Assembly (NCBI RefSeq): GCF_964204645.1
Contig: NC_134032.1
Coordinates: forward strand, 10,404,275 to 10,468,274
Source of the DNA: Tubulanus polymorphus
Lineage: Eukaryota; Animalia; Nemertea
DNA length: 64,000 nucleotides
Direction of reading: 5' to 3'
Position numbers and translations under genes: made by a program. The notes beneath the pieces were generated by a model. The model searched no databases. It was given only the letters and a program-made list of their open reading frames with translations, and had not been told where the DNA came from. Shown piece after piece: positions 1 to 13,326 of this stretch. Every line of letters begins with the position of its first letter. The first letter of the stretch is position 1.

Positions 1-1773
1 AGATGTCATCAACTGGCGACTCGTTAATCTCAGAGAAATGCAATTTATCCTCGGAAATACTGTTAGAATTGCGAACCCGGCGAGTGGACGCCATTTTGCA
101 TTAAAACTGCGAATTTGGACGTCAACGCTAAAATACGGAAAATGAATAAAATAGATAATATACGGAAATGGACTGATACTAGCTAATATATGGAACTGGA
201 TTGGATTATTACGGACTGAGGGATTTTAGCTTTTTTCCAGTATGTCTTAAATCGTTTTTAGGTCTTAATCTTTTTTGTGAAACTGGGCCAAGGGCAGAGA
301 CATTTAAGCTATCGTGGGTGGGCACCCTGGGGTCCGAGTCCGCCACGAGTACGGATACCGTACTAGGAATCCGCCCGACGCACAGGCACGCCGAGGTTAG
401 GAAACAAAACAGGATACACTAGGAACAAAACGCAGCCCAGGAGACAGGAACATGTTTCCGGGCGTTACCCTGTGCCGTGTGGTCTTCGAGAAATATTTCC
501 GGAAACAACGTTTCCGAGGTCGGCGTGCTGCTCAGCACGGTGCGCCATGTGTGCGTTGGGCTTCGGTCAATTCGAGCACCTGATCAAGGGGTCGCTCATT
601 GACAGTAATGATCTCCAAGGCTTGCATGAAAGCAGATAAAAGTAGGACTATTAGAAAAAAACTACACGTTTTAAATCTACCATTGAATATATTAATCGTA
701 AACATTTTTTTTATTCAGTAACATAACCTGAGTATAAAATAAGACAGCAGATTTTGAACTTAAGAATATGAAAATAGTATCGTTTTTTTTTACAGGGAAC
801 ACGATTACAAAAATGCTTCTACTCTGTATTACACTAAAACTAATTTACATATAAATAAAGATTTATAGTTGAGAACATTTTTCATTAAATTGATGAATTT
901 GGCCACGTCGATACAAGAGTTGTAGCGATGATATCGTAACAGATGTTGTATTCAAACAAGCCTATGCACGTATAAAGAATTGTGCAAGAATGACACTAAA
1001 TGTAATGATAAAAAAGATGATAATCATAACAAATTGAAATTATACAAATGATAAAATATAACAACGGATATAACAAACTATTTCAGTGGCGTTGATACAA
1101 TTAAAAGAGTTAATTACACTTTAACAAAATGGACCCAGTTCGATCCAGTTATGAGATATCACTTGACCTTAGGGTTAACCTAAATTAACCCCGCTAGTAT
1201 TTAGTTGTACAAATATAATAAAATGGTTTCAATTTCAATTAATTTCGGCCAATTGGCCTTTTTGGAGGGTCTAGATTCTGGTGTAACCGCAACTTCACCC
1301 CGCGATTCGTTGCTTATGTGGAGACACCCGCATTCCCGGTTGACGATGTATCCAGGAAATGTAAATTCACCTGAAGTAACATTATAGCCTAACCTAACCC
1401 TAACCATATCGTATTCAAGTCATTGAGGTATTTTTCATCACTGGATATATCAAAATGCCCCATTACCGAAGGGCAATAATTCGAATAGAGTCAACGCCCA
1501 GGTTCGCTAAGTTGTAAGGAAAGTCATAAAGCGTAAAATGTAAAATTGATTAAGACACAGGAGCGTTTTAAGCACTTTTTTCATTATAAAAAATCATCAT
1601 CCCTTTTTTGTTTGTTTTTTCAAAACCTGAGAATTTTTACCCCGCCATTAAAGTTAAGTCATTCGATTGAAAAACTCTGAAATTATGTCTACAACTTTAC
1701 CGGCCCAGAATGTCTGGTGTTCTGTGCACCCATCATCCCCTAACCCTTGTGAATTTTTGTCTACGTCATTGTT

Positions 1774-1915
1774 CTGGGCCCAGTTGCACAGTCATTGCTT
1801 ACAGCTAAGAAAAGTCTAAGACCAACTAAGTTCTTTTCATCTAACAACTTAAGACTTTTCTTAAGATTTTAAAACCACATCTGAACTTAAGTCAGAACTG
1901 TGAAACTGAGGCCTG
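1774..1915. mobile_element. MITE, PIF/Harbinger-like, family 1
   Basis: Imperfect TIR ggcccagttgcacagt...actgtgaaactgaggc flanked by CTG/CTG. Internal similarity to the 24114 and 58051 copies. Confidence 0.75.
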
Positions 1916-1919
1916 TGAT

Positions 1920-2441
1920 TTAGGGGCATTTAGCATTTCCGCCTGAGCATGTCAGCCCCTTTCCAACCACGATCAAAATCGAGCCCAAACAAATCTGTGC
2001 CAAACTGGCCACGACCCCGACCCCTAGAAGCGGGTCGACGACGTGATGGGTGGCTGCGCTAGACCTGTTGTTCTGTATGAAGAAGCCGGTACTTATGAGC
2101 ACGTGTCCGAGTATCAGGCTAACGAGATAACATACGAACAAGATACAATTATAGACAGTAAGAGCAATTGCATAGCCATAAATGCTCCTCATATACTTGT
2201 TATTGTTTGATTTGACCGCGTAGGCGATCAAAGCTGCAAACGCGATAGTTCCACACGGGGCGTACGTCTGGTAGGCGAAGTTGAACGACTTGACGTAGAG
2301 GCCGATCTCGACTCCGAGATTGATCGTGGCCAGCACGACTATGATTATGGCGACCGAGCTGGCGATTTTGGCTGCTGTTTCGTCCAGTTTCGGGCCGCCG
2401 CCTTCGGCATCATCAACCTTAGATCCATTACAGTTACCCAT
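1920..2441 (-). CDS. Small 4-TM membrane protein, array copy 1 (subfamily A, 173 aa); family unassigned, MS4A/tetraspanning-like topology
   Basis: Intact ORF with four hydrophobic segments and motifs shared with five paralogues (INLGVEIGLYV, YQTYxP, LILGH, HHVVDPLLGVGV, AQI.LG.ILIVVGK). Starts MGNC. Splice acceptor 7 nt before ATG and matching donor near 3753-3758. Confidence 0.85.
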   Translation of the reverse strand: MGNCNGSKVDDAEGGGPKLDETAAKIASSVAIIIVVLATINLGVEIGLYVKSFNFAYQTYAPCGTIAFAALIAYAVKSNNNKYMRSIYGYAIALTVYNCILFVCYLVSLILGHVLISTGFFIQNNRSSAATHHVVDPLLGVGVVASLAQICLGSILIVVGKGLTCSGGNAKCP

Positions 2442-4766
2442 CTTTCAACTAGAAATACAATTATGAATTCAATTTAAACATCATCATTATTATCAGTAAT
2501 TATTCCTTAATTTGCGAATGATTATGAATCATAAACGATGAATTAAATGAAATGTTGAATATTGAAATTTATATGTATTACAGGGTGAACCTGTTTAAAA
2601 AGTATTCACCACTTTTGGCAGCAACCAGACACTTTACTCTTTCACCCACACATTCACACATCCGGTCTTGCTAAATTTCATGATCGTAAGGACAAAATCA
2701 GAGGCGGACCCAGTGGGCGAATTGTTAAAGAACTTGCCATTTCTGATATTAGGTCACTTCCACACTCAGGGACATTCAGCTGTTCTATTTTGTCATAACA
2801 GAACCTCTAATCGTGACAAAATTGTAGCAGGACGGAACTTGTCACTTCCCAAAAGCCACTTTCATGTCCATAAAGCAATATTAAGCGTACACTCGCGCTG
2901 AAATCCGCCAACTTTTTGTTCGTTGACAATGTAAAAAGAGCACTTAAAATTGGATGGATTTTTTCAGGTCACACAAGCCCCCCTGGATCCGCCCTTGGAA
3001 ATAGGTATACATTGCATGGTTGAGGTATATTGATCCGCAATGTTTCTAATACTTAAAAAAATCAAATTTTCTTGGAAAAATCAGATATTTGAAATAATTA
3101 AAAGTTTCGAGGGTTGATGATTCAAAACCTCTGGTAAATTTGTCATAAACGTAATACGGTTTTAGTCAGTAACTGGACCGTGGACTAATTCATATTCATT
3201 GGCCAGTATTATCGCTATACAATTACCCGAATATAAAACAGTCCCGGCTATCATTTATCTAAACCGGTTATGGGTTTGAAAAGTGGACCGCCAATCCAGT
3301 TTTTGGTTGAAAAGTGGGCCAACGATTCAAAGTCGTTACAATTGCAGTACAGAGATTCGAAGTGGTGCTAAAATCATACGCGACCCTTTATTTCGAAACA
3401 AAGATCTATTCGCGTAATTCACCGAAATAGAATTGAAATATATCTATACATATGTGTGTATTCATACTATATACATATACATAGGCCATTACCATACAAC
3501 TCAATATTCAATCACTCAATAATTAATACGTTACATCACAGCTGTGGTCAATGTTCCTTGAATCCTGGTTATAACCATAGAACTCAAATCAAATTTGATT
3601 CGAATTCTAAGTTATAACGTAACTCCCTGCTACATTTCTCTGCGATTGCAGGGAACGTGTCAGAATGTTCAATATTTTCTAACTTAGCGTGTTCCCCGAG
3701 TCAGTGTGGGCCAAGTCTTTAAAACTGTGACCCTTATTTTGAAACCGATAGTACTTACTTTTCTATTCCTTCGAATCCGGGTGTTCAAATATAGTGTCAA
3801 CGCTGTTTCTACGCTATAATTACGTGTGGTTGTATAATTACGCTTTATAACGTTCTCGCCTCACGACAGAAGAGAGTCAATAACGTCCTGTACTACGTCG
3901 CGCTTGTGGCAAGTGCGCGAGGACGTGCTCTGTATAATAAGCTGGTGTTGCTAAGGAGTAACCAAAGCGTATGAATAACTTTTTTTTTACTCGAAGGCGG
4001 GGCCACCTTGACTGAGTTTCGAGCGTTAATATCAAAGGTATCAATCGAAAATGCCAGAAGTTATCGGTGGTGTTTTGTTATTACGTCTATATGGAGGCCT
4101 GCGTTTCTTTGAATAAAGCAAATGTTCGTGAGAATGCCCCCGGAAAATACCACAGGGGCCTCGCAAAAGTTTTTGTCCCCAGTATCCTAGGTATGGGATT
4201 CTGGGGTCAAAAACTTTGTGTCAGGTCCCGTGGAAAATATGTAAACATAAAAAGCAGAGTTTTTGTCATGGGTTTTTTGGGGATATTAAATATATTCTAG
4301 CCGCAAGGGGAGTTGAATTGAATTATATACAATTTGGCTATTAATATTGTTGGTCGGTACCTAAGGATATATATATACATATTTTGTAACGCAATTATAC
4401 AATTGTTAAGTTGTAGCTTACGATATGTTCTATGATGATAGTGGTGAGTTTCAAGGTCATTAGGTTTTGAAGATGGTCACCAGGCAAGGCCGTTTTTGCA
4501 GGGGGCAATGTGGGCATTTGCCCCCTAGAAATTTTGGAAAGGAGCCCCTTTTTGCAAATATCATTGTTATATCCTATAGAACTGCCCGTTTTGGGTTTCT
4601 CTTCCCCCTAAGATTCAAATGCTAGGGCGCTGTCAGGGGCGTAGCATCCTTAGCCGCCGACCGCGATGTTCACCTCGGTCATTATTAAGTTAGTACAATG
4701 GGACCTTCTACAAACGACCTTTCCATGCTACGCGTGATTTTCGTGGTTTGTGAGAATTGAGATTTT

Positions 4767-5759
4767 TCATCGAAACAGTCTTTTGAGATTCTGTCTGAAT
4801 TTTAAATTTATAGAAAGGTAGACGACGAAATTCAACGCCGAATCGAGAACCACCAGAAACAGACCGGCCTTTCTGGCGTACTGTTTGAAATCGTCTGATT
4901 TGAACGCGAAACCCGCCGCACTCGCGACTCGATCCACGCAAGCTGGCGTTTCGCATATTGTAAAAATCAGTAGTATTGCCATCACCATTTTATCGGCTTG
5001 TCGGTCGCTACGGCTGGACTTCGGCGAGGACACGGCCGCCAAAACTACCGAACGCCGCGAACGAGCGATATGGATAGAATTGAGCAGGCCTAGGTTCGTA
5101 GCGTAAAGAACGACCATCGGAAAACCGACCAAGAATCCGAAATAGACGATCATATCAAAGCGAGCGTAAGATGCTGGTTTAGGTTTTACAATATACGGCG
5201 CCACTAAATCGAAGGAGCAGCGGTGAACGCTTTTATATTCAAGACCGGACAGCCAGTATCGTGGAACGTGACAAACGATGGAAATTAAACACGTGGAAAC
5301 GACGTTGATTTTGCAACATTTCCACGTCAGCACTCGCCTGGACCAGAGAGGGAATCTTATATTCAGGAAGCGATTCACGGAAATATAGGCGGTTATCCAG
5401 TTTCTGATTTGTTGCGTGATGAAATACAGAACGACAGTAGAGTAGGCCAGTTTGGCGTCGATATCGTTGTCTTTGTACCTGAAAACCAGATTCCCGAATC
5501 GTATCCTGTACCGGACGTGTCTGACGAAAAAGTACACAAGACAAACAGCCAGAAACGACATGTCGCAACACGCCAAAACCTTCAAGATTCTAATCGATAC
5601 CACCGCTTGTCGTTCGAGGCCGAACGCGAATAAACTGAGCACGTTACCAACTATGCCGAAAACGCAAATGGCCCCAATTCCGTATACGTACAAGTTATGA
5701 ACGAACACGTATTTCAATCTCACGGGTGGACAGTCCATATACCCAGATACGTTCACCAT
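4767..5759 (-). CDS. Intronless class-A (rhodopsin-like) GPCR, FMRFamide-receptor/Srw-like orphan
   Basis: 330 aa with 7 hydrophobic helices, TM1 GN, TM2 LAxxD, TM3 VNRF (DRY variant), TM6 CETP and TM7 NFVVY. Confidence 0.88.
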   Translation of the reverse strand: MVNVSGYMDCPPVRLKYVFVHNLYVYGIGAICVFGIVGNVLSLFAFGLERQAVVSIRILKVLACCDMSFLAVCLVYFFVRHVRYRIRFGNLVFRYKDNDIDAKLAYSTVVLYFITQQIRNWITAYISVNRFLNIRFPLWSRRVLTWKCCKINVVSTCLISIVCHVPRYWLSGLEYKSVHRCSFDLVAPYIVKPKPASYARFDMIVYFGFLVGFPMVVLYATNLGLLNSIHIARSRRSVVLAAVSSPKSSRSDRQADKMVMAILLIFTICETPACVDRVASAAGFAFKSDDFKQYARKAGLFLVVLDSALNFVVYLSINLKFRQNLKRLFR

Positions 5760-6074
5760 CGCTTTCTATAGCACAGGGAAGTCGCATAGATTTATGGTTA
5801 CACTACACATGTATATACGTTCAGTCCCTTCGGGTCTTAAGACGTTACTGACATATCTTGGTGTCGTATTTAACGCCAAACATCAATTTAACGCATCGTT
5901 TGTATGAAGCAGCACCTTTTAAAATCTCTTAAAATGTATTGCATTTATTGCTCTGTCGGGCGTTTAATGTTTCCTAATGGAAAATTGTAGATCAATGCCG
6001 CAATTTGATTCAGCTAAACTTATCCGTCATGATGTGAAATACCGGTACCTGGTACTGTATATGTTATCGTGTCT

Positions 6075-6375
6075 ACGCTGAGATTACCTGATAAAATATA
6101 TCATTTAAAAGTAGATTCAGAACTTGCAACTGAAACTGGCCGATGGGGGATGAAAATACGGAGAGATGATAGGATTTGTCCTCATTGCAACACGGCTCTA
6201 GAGGACGAATTTCATTATTTCTCATGTTTTCCAGTCTAAGTTTTAAGGGCCAAATATATTGACAAAAGATTTTATGTGTATCCAAAACCAGTATAAATTC
6301 TCCTCGCTCTTGCATGCAGAAGAGAAACGTGTATTATTTTTTCTATTTTTGTCACTCATATTGTCAAAGACCTTC
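6075..6375 (+). mobile_element. Degenerate 3' fragment of a non-LTR retrotransposon ORF2
   Basis: Translates RFRTCN/ETGRWGMKIRRDDRICPHCNTALEDEFHYF, a typical C-terminal CxxC..EDEFH zinc-knuckle region of invertebrate LINEs. Confidence 0.7.
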
Positions 6376-6903
6376 AGTTTTTCTTGTTGCTATGTACGGG
6401 TGGTGCGACATCCGGGGATATGAAAATTTGAATTTATTCAGAAAGTCTTTGTTCTTTATTCTGTAAAATTGTGATGAAAGTGACCAAAATATTCACATGA
6501 TTTACAAGTATTGGCGGATTTAGGACGGTATCTCTTGGTGTGAAACGTAGGATGAATAACTGTTGGGGGAAAACGGAATCTTGCAAACTAACTAAGCTTA
6601 AGACTCTAGTAGTATAAATGATGCGTGTGTTTATGTACATCACTAAAATCTTTGTCGTTTTCTAAAAGTTTAATTTTCTACTAATATTTGTAAATACTTC
6701 ATATAGTTTTTCTTCATGTACGATAGAAATGGTTGGAGTGTAAATAGATAATTCGTACTATTTCGCAAAGGAAAACTGACAGGATTATTAATAGTTTTAT
6801 GTATTCTGATGCAAGTAGTCCATCATTTCGTTAACGACAGCCATCCACGACATTATGCCCTCATATATATCTATGGATTGAAGGCCTAATAGATGGGAGT
6901 AAA

Positions 6904-7938
6904 ATGAACTCCACCGTGACGGATCGCGCGAACCGATTTGGCGGTTTAGCCTATGCTCGTCCGGCTCGCGAGTTTTTCTACACATATCTGTTTACGCCGA
7001 TTCTTTTCGGCGGAACTTTCGGGAACTTTTTCGTAGTCGCGGTGTTCATTAAGCAAAACGAGTGGAACAAACCCGGTGTCATCTATATGTTCTGTTTAGC
7101 TATAACAGACGGCTTATATTTGATGGCGTCCGGTCTTCCAGTTTGGCTTATATACGGTCTTCTGTCGATGTCTGGAGGCAGATATAGTATCGATGTTACT
7201 ATCCTCAGCCAAGCAAGTTGCAAAACATTAGGCATCGTACTTTTTTGGAGTTTAGGCGCGTCAGCGTTCATCACGATAACCATGACATTCGAACGCTTTT
7301 GCGCTATTCAATACCCGCTGCAAACATTGCGTGTAACGCAGAAGATGCGGGTCGTGTTTTTGTCGTGCGCCGGTTTGCTTTTCGCCTTACTCGAAGTCAG
7401 GCAAGCTTTCATATTTGAAGTAGCTCCCGCAACCAGCGGGAACCCTCATAAACTCCTCTGCACTGAAAACCGCTCGATTGATGATGAAATCTTGTTCTCA
7501 ATTCGCTATCTCTTATTAATTATAGGTTACTACGTTTTACCGTCGGTCCTACTTTTAGTGATAAACGCTCTGATATGTTTAGCTTTATTCCGAGCGCGTT
7601 GGTCGTCGCCATCTGACAACCGCGCATCTCTGAGCACCGGCGGCAAGCGACACGAAATATCTATCAGTATAACGCTGATGACTGTGGCTACGATGTTTAT
7701 CCTGTGCAATTTACCCATGATTTCTGGACTTTTCTACGGTTATTACGTGGTAAAAAACCCGCATTTGACAAGTCGTCGGGACAAAGCGAATCTTGGTGAA
7801 TTGTATTGGCTTTGTTCTAGCATACCATTCGTAAACAACGCCACAAACTTCCCTCTTTACGTCATCAGATTGTCCTATTTTCGCAGGCATTTGTGTGAAA
7901 TGTTCTGTTGTTTATGCCGCCGTTCAAAAAGAAAATGA
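6904..7938 (+). CDS. Intronless class-A GPCR, peptide-receptor-like orphan
   Basis: 344 aa with GN, LAITD, Cys at top of TM3, FERF, ECL2 Cys, CNLP, NFPLY and a C-terminal CCLC palmitoylation-like cluster. Confidence 0.88.
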   Translation: MNSTVTDRANRFGGLAYARPAREFFYTYLFTPILFGGTFGNFFVVAVFIKQNEWNKPGVIYMFCLAITDGLYLMASGLPVWLIYGLLSMSGGRYSIDVTILSQASCKTLGIVLFWSLGASAFITITMTFERFCAIQYPLQTLRVTQKMRVVFLSCAGLLFALLEVRQAFIFEVAPATSGNPHKLLCTENRSIDDEILFSIRYLLLIIGYYVLPSVLLLVINALICLALFRARWSSPSDNRASLSTGGKRHEISISITLMTVATMFILCNLPMISGLFYGYYVVKNPHLTSRRDKANLGELYWLCSSIPFVNNATNFPLYVIRLSYFRRHLCEMFCCLCRRSKRK

Positions 7939-9628
7939 CAACTTGAATAAGAAAATCAAACTTTTCAAGATTTTCGTTAATTCATAAATTTCTGTTAAAT
8001 GCAGTCATCAATTTGATGTATGTAACTGCCGACTTCTGCCGTCTAAACCGTTAGATATCTAGACGATCGTGATTATTTAGCGAAATCTTGATGCCCGTTT
8101 TCCACGCATGGTGCATGTCCGCGGGTCAGGTGAAATTTTGTTTGTTCATTATCAAACATACATTTTCTTAATCTTGCGAGGAGAATAGGTGAAGTGTAGG
8201 CGATCAGTTATTTTAAGGATAATCTATCGATTATCCGATGATGGCTCAGATAGAATATTGACAGCTGAATTAAACCTTGGAGTAAAATAGCTCCAAACCA
8301 ATAGCTTTGTAAAATTGAAAAAGAAACTTGTAGAAAATAACGAATTCATTTGCCAGATCGTGGGTTTCGGCCAGCAGTGAGCGAGAAAATTTTATCAAAG
8401 TTTGCGGAAATTTGAGAAACTTGAGAAAGTTAAATTCTATAATCAACAGCCTTCCAGCAACACCATATCGTAATCATTTCGCTTTGCATTACGGTGATGC
8501 CCATGGCTCACAAGAAATAACGGGTCTTCTTTTCCAACACCGCGGTTACACCTCTGCGGTTAGAGTAATGCCCACATGCAATCTTGTACGAGCAAGAAAC
8601 CGTAAAAACGATGTTACGAGAAACACGTTTGTTCCAGTGTTCCCTGCGTCTGGGTTGCGCATAATGGGTCGATTCAAGCACTGGATAAAAGCATCGCGCC
8701 TTGACTGTTGTAATCATCTCCAAACGTTGGATGAAAATCAGATAGAACGATTATGGATATAACTGTTTATAAATCTACATAAATTTTATATTATCGTTAG
8801 TGCATTTCTTCACAGTTAACAAGTAAAAATAAGACAGCAGATTGAACTTTGAGATATGAAAATAATACGTGGGTTTTTTTATGGAGAACACAATACAGAA
8901 ATGCTTCTACTCTGTAGTACACTAATTTATGTATAGAAAAGATCATACTTGAGAAACTTGTTCATTTAAATTAATGAATCTAGTCAACGCAGATACAGGA
9001 ATTGTAGTTGTAATACCATTAAAACAAGCATATATAGAAAATTAATATACGAAATGTAATGATACTAAATATAACAATAATACAGATAATGGTCCTAACA
9101 AATTGCAATCATATAAATAATAATACAATGATGGATATCACAAGCTATTACGGTGTTATTGATACAAGTAGCTTTCTTTATCGGGGTAAAATTTGTAAAA
9201 GTTGTAAAGTCCGAATCAGTTAGACAAAATCGATTCGGCCCAGTGATGAACTACGGTTTGAACTTAGGGTCTACATAAATTTACTGTGTGATCAGTTTCA
9301 GAAAACTCTCAAAATCAATTCAATTTTTTCATTAATTCAGTTACATCTATTTGAAATCAAGCCATTTTCTGGAAGTGAGTCCAGATACATATTTAGTTTT
9401 AACCGCAACTTCACAGCCGAGAATTCGCTGTTTGTGTGGAGACACCCATCCCCGGTGGGCAGTACTTCGAAATATGGCTTGGCTGCGAATATTGACAAGA
9501 GTCGTTTCATTGGAATATAAAACTCTGAAAAAGATCAATTTTGCCGGCCCAGGATAGCTAGTGATAACGGATTATCGATTCAGAGCACCCCGCGCATCAT
9601 CCATGGCAAAACACAAGTTCTTGTTCAT

Positions 9629-10168
9629 TTATGACCCTAAAACGGCGCATTTCGTATTTCCTCCCGAGCATCTCAACTTCTTTCCAACCACGATCAAAAT
9701 TGAGCCCAAAAAAATCTGGGCCAAACAAGCCATGACCCCGACCCCTAGAAGCGGGTCGACGACGTGATGGGTAGCTGCGCTAGACCTGTCTTTCTGCGTG
9801 AGGAAGTCCGTATGAAGCACGTGTCCGAGAATCAGACTAAATAGATAGCATACGAAGAGCATACAGTTATAGACGGTAAGAGCAATTGCAGCGCCATAAA
9901 TACTTCTCGTAGACTTGCAGCATTTGTTCGACTTGACCGCGCAGGCGATCATTAGTGCAAACCCGATAGTTCCACACGGGATGTACGTCTGGTAGGCGAA
10001 GTTATACGACTTGACGTAGAGACCGATCTCGACTCCGAGATTGATCATGGCCAGCGCGATTATGATCTTGGCGACCATGCCAGTGATCTTGGCTGCGGTT
10101 TCGTCCAGTTTCGGTCCGCCGCCCTCGGCATCATCAACCTTAAAGCTGCTACAGTTCATGTTACCCAT
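9629..10168 (-). CDS. Small 4-TM membrane protein, copy 2 (subfamily A, 179 aa)
   Basis: Paralogue of copy 1 and nearly identical to copy 4. 5'UTR intron donor at 11649-11654. Confidence 0.85.
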   Translation of the reverse strand: MGNMNCSSFKVDDAEGGGPKLDETAAKITGMVAKIIIALAMINLGVEIGLYVKSYNFAYQTYIPCGTIGFALMIACAVKSNKCCKSTRSIYGAAIALTVYNCMLFVCYLFSLILGHVLHTDFLTQKDRSSAATHHVVDPLLGVGVMACLAQIFLGSILIVVGKKLRCSGGNTKCAVLGS

Positions 10169-12738
10169 CTTTCAACTAGAAATACAATCATAAATCCAAC
10201 TTAAACATTATCATAATTAGTGATTGTTCCTTATTTTTCTAATAATTATAAATCATATACGATTAATTCAATTAAACTTTGAATAGAAGTGTCCAGGTGA
10301 ACATGTTTTAAAGTTTTCTTCCCTTGTGGCAACAGGCATCCAAATAAAATTTCATTTTCACCCACACACACGGTTTTCTACTACAATGTTTCATGATAAA
10401 TAATGTAAAATCAGGGGCAGAACCAGTGGGATAATTGTGAAGAAGTTGTCACATCCCAAAAGGGAACTTTAATGTCCGAAAAGGCGGTCACTTCCAAACC
10501 GAGGGGATAATCAAACCGTACACCTCTAGCTGTTCCTCGGAGACAAATTTTCTTACAGGTCCTGAACTTGTCACATCCCAAAAGACACGTTGATGTCCAA
10601 AAAGCAATATTAAGCGTACACTCGCACTGAAATGCACCAGCATTTTGCTTGTTGACAAATTGAAAAAGGACGCTAAAAACTTTGTTGGAATTTTACAAGT
10701 TTGAATATCCGTAGTCTAGCAAAAAAGTACAAATCTCATTTACTAATCATTGCGAACATTTTCGGGGGTTACATTTTCCCTCTTCGGGCATAGTGCATAG
10801 ACTTTGACATCACACTGGTATTTTATGTGAAAATAAGACAAAAGCTAATTACAAAGAATTTTGAAATACATAGTAATGAGAAACAATGAGAATAAAAGGT
10901 ATGATTGACGAAAGGTGTTACTTACTCAGCGACGAACCTTAACTTTATCGTTTTACAAGTCTCACAAGTCCCCTGGATTCGCTCCCGAAAATAGATATAC
11001 AGTAGTTGAGGTTTATCGATAAACTAATTCATAGGGTTTCTTCACCAGCAATTTATAGAATATTCTAGGGAAGGTGATGATTCAATACCTCCGGTAAATT
11101 GGTCATAAACTAATGCTGTTAGGTCAGTAACCGGACCGTGGTTAATTTTTGTCAGTCATATTATTCATGTCGTCATCTACTCGTGTTAATTGGCTATATA
11201 TCATAGGTACACAACAACGCAAAAATTAAACACTCCCGGCTTTTATTTGCCTAAACCGGTTATGGGTTTGAAAAGTAGACCGCCAATCTATTAATCAATT
11301 TCAGTGAGTCATCGATTTACGAACAAAGAATTGAAATTTAACTATAAATACACGCATGCCATACAATCCAACTCAATATTCAATCACTCAATAATCAATA
11401 TGGTACACCCAACACCACTGCGGGGGTCTTGGTTCCATGAATCCTAGTTATTGGCTTAACCCAGGAGTAATTGGTCTGATTACACTCCAAGGCTTAACGT
11501 AACTCCCTGCTACAGTTCTCTGTGATTTTAAGCCTAGCTTTAGGGAACGAGACAGGTTTATTTTCTCACCACTACCTCAGAACGTTCGCGAATACGAGCC
11601 AAGTCTTAAAAACTGCGAGTCCCCCTATTCCAAACCGATAGTACATGTACTTACTTTTCAATCCCTCTGAATCCGGGTTTAAAAAAAAATGTCAACGCTG
11701 TATTCCACGGTGTTAAAGTACTATATAATAATAATGTGTGGTTCGGTTTTACAACGTTTTCGCGTGGTCGTATCGAACAGAGCTGTGTGTATGTGAGTAC
11801 TTAGTCACGCAGGCCACAGGCGCGTACACGGAAGCTCCGTATACGATCCGTTGTTGCCAGAGTAACAACAGCTTATGGTGAAAACCTGTTTACTCGACAG
11901 CGGTCACCTTGAGTTTCATAGAAGTGGCGGCAAAATAAGCCATGGGAGCACTTTAGAAATTGTTAATTTTTAAAATAGTTTCTCACGGTGGCTGTTCTCT
12001 AGGTTGCCAATCCTTGGGATAACTTTGATACCCATGGAACCGGGCTATCAGCAAAATCAAAAATATTAAACAATGATTCCTATTTTGGTATCTGTTTATG
12101 TTCATGGAATGTCATATGGTAGTCTTAATAAAAGAAGAGAAATAATTGAAAACACGCCTATTCAATAAGAAATACAAATGATTTAACAAATGATTCGAAC
12201 AACGTTACAAATTGAATTCTATTTCATTTGGTAATATTTCATATGTCTGTCTACTGTCTATGTTTTATGCCATCATCTTATTATGGGTCCAATGTTTTAA
12301 TTTGTATAGATATTTTATGTAAAGGGCTGTAAATAAATGTTATCATAATTAACATCACTATAGTTTTTTGTTTTGAGAATAAGTATGCTAAAATTTATAT
12401 AATATAGCTAATCATTTTTTAATTGCTAGAATATAACGCGAATTGAAAACATTGAAATCATTTAAGAAATCGCACTTTTTGGATACATTTTGCATCTTTT
12501 TTCGCAGAGTAAAATGCGGAATGTGGTGGGAATGTGGAAGCCACCAAAAATTAATTTCAAAGGTATCAAACGGAAAAATATGGTAGCATCGGTGGTGTTT
12601 TATTGTTACGAGTAGATACCTGAGTTTTTATGAATTTCTACGAAGTTCCGAGGAAACACAGATCAGTGTTATGTCATAAGGTGCATTTACTTTTCAGTTT
12701 GCATTGAAATGATTTGCTTGAGTAACTATACACTGTTT

Positions 12739-13326
12739 TTATTCCAAAGAGTCGACTTTATTGTGTCCGTGGCCGTTTAGGCGGCTTTGTTTTGTTGAGA
12801 TCAGTCGTCCTGAATTTCTTCTCAATTTCTTCCCAACCACGACTACTATCGCGCCCAAGAAAATCTGCGCCAGGCTGGAAACAACACCAGCTCCGAGTAG
12901 CGGGTCGACTACCTGATGAACGGACGGGTTGCTCCGTTCCGGATCCATAAACCAGCCTTTAGTGTTGATCAAAGCGTGGCCCAGAATCACCATCACGAGA
13001 TAAACGATAAACAGAATAACATTCTGAAAAATGATAATGATTCCATACGTGTATATCGATTTGAAAAAATCGTCGCGCATGTATTTCTTCAATCGATAGA
13101 TGATCGCAAATCCGTAACCGATACATCCACAGGGGATGTAAGTCTGATAGCAAAGGTTATACGACATAACGTAGAGACCGATCTCGACTCCGAGATTGAT
13201 TGTTGCCAGCACGACTATGATCACAGAAACCATGCAAGCTATCTGGGTAGCTGTTTCGTCTAATTTCACCCGTTCGGCATCAGCTTCATCGAATCTAGAA
13301 AAATTGCGGTTCATTTGGTTTCCCAT
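12739..13326 (-). CDS. Small 4-TM membrane protein, copy 3 (subfamily B, 195 aa; likely start MGNQ at 13326)
   Basis: Same motifs as the other copies. An acceptor (ttctag) just upstream of the MGNQ ATG places the track's longer start inside an intron. Donor near 13625-13630. Confidence 0.85.
   Translation of the reverse strand: MGNQMNRNFSRFDEADAERVKLDETATQIACMVSVIIVVLATINLGVEIGLYVMSYNLCYQTYIPCGCIGYGFAIIYRLKKYMRDDFFKSIYTYGIIIIFQNVILFIVYLVMVILGHALINTKGWFMDPERSNPSVHQVVDPLLGAGVVSSLAQIFLGAIVVVVGKKLRRNSGRLISTKQSRLNGHGHNKVDSLE

Noticed and set aside
373-562. GC-rich imperfect inverted repeat (gcccgacgcaca...tgtgcgttgggc)
   Set aside because: Probably another degenerate MITE, but a single copy with no clear TSD, so not called.
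9629-9650. CaaX prenylation motif (CAVL) in 4-TM copy 2
   Set aside because: Followed by GS, so it is not terminal, and it is not conserved in paralogues.
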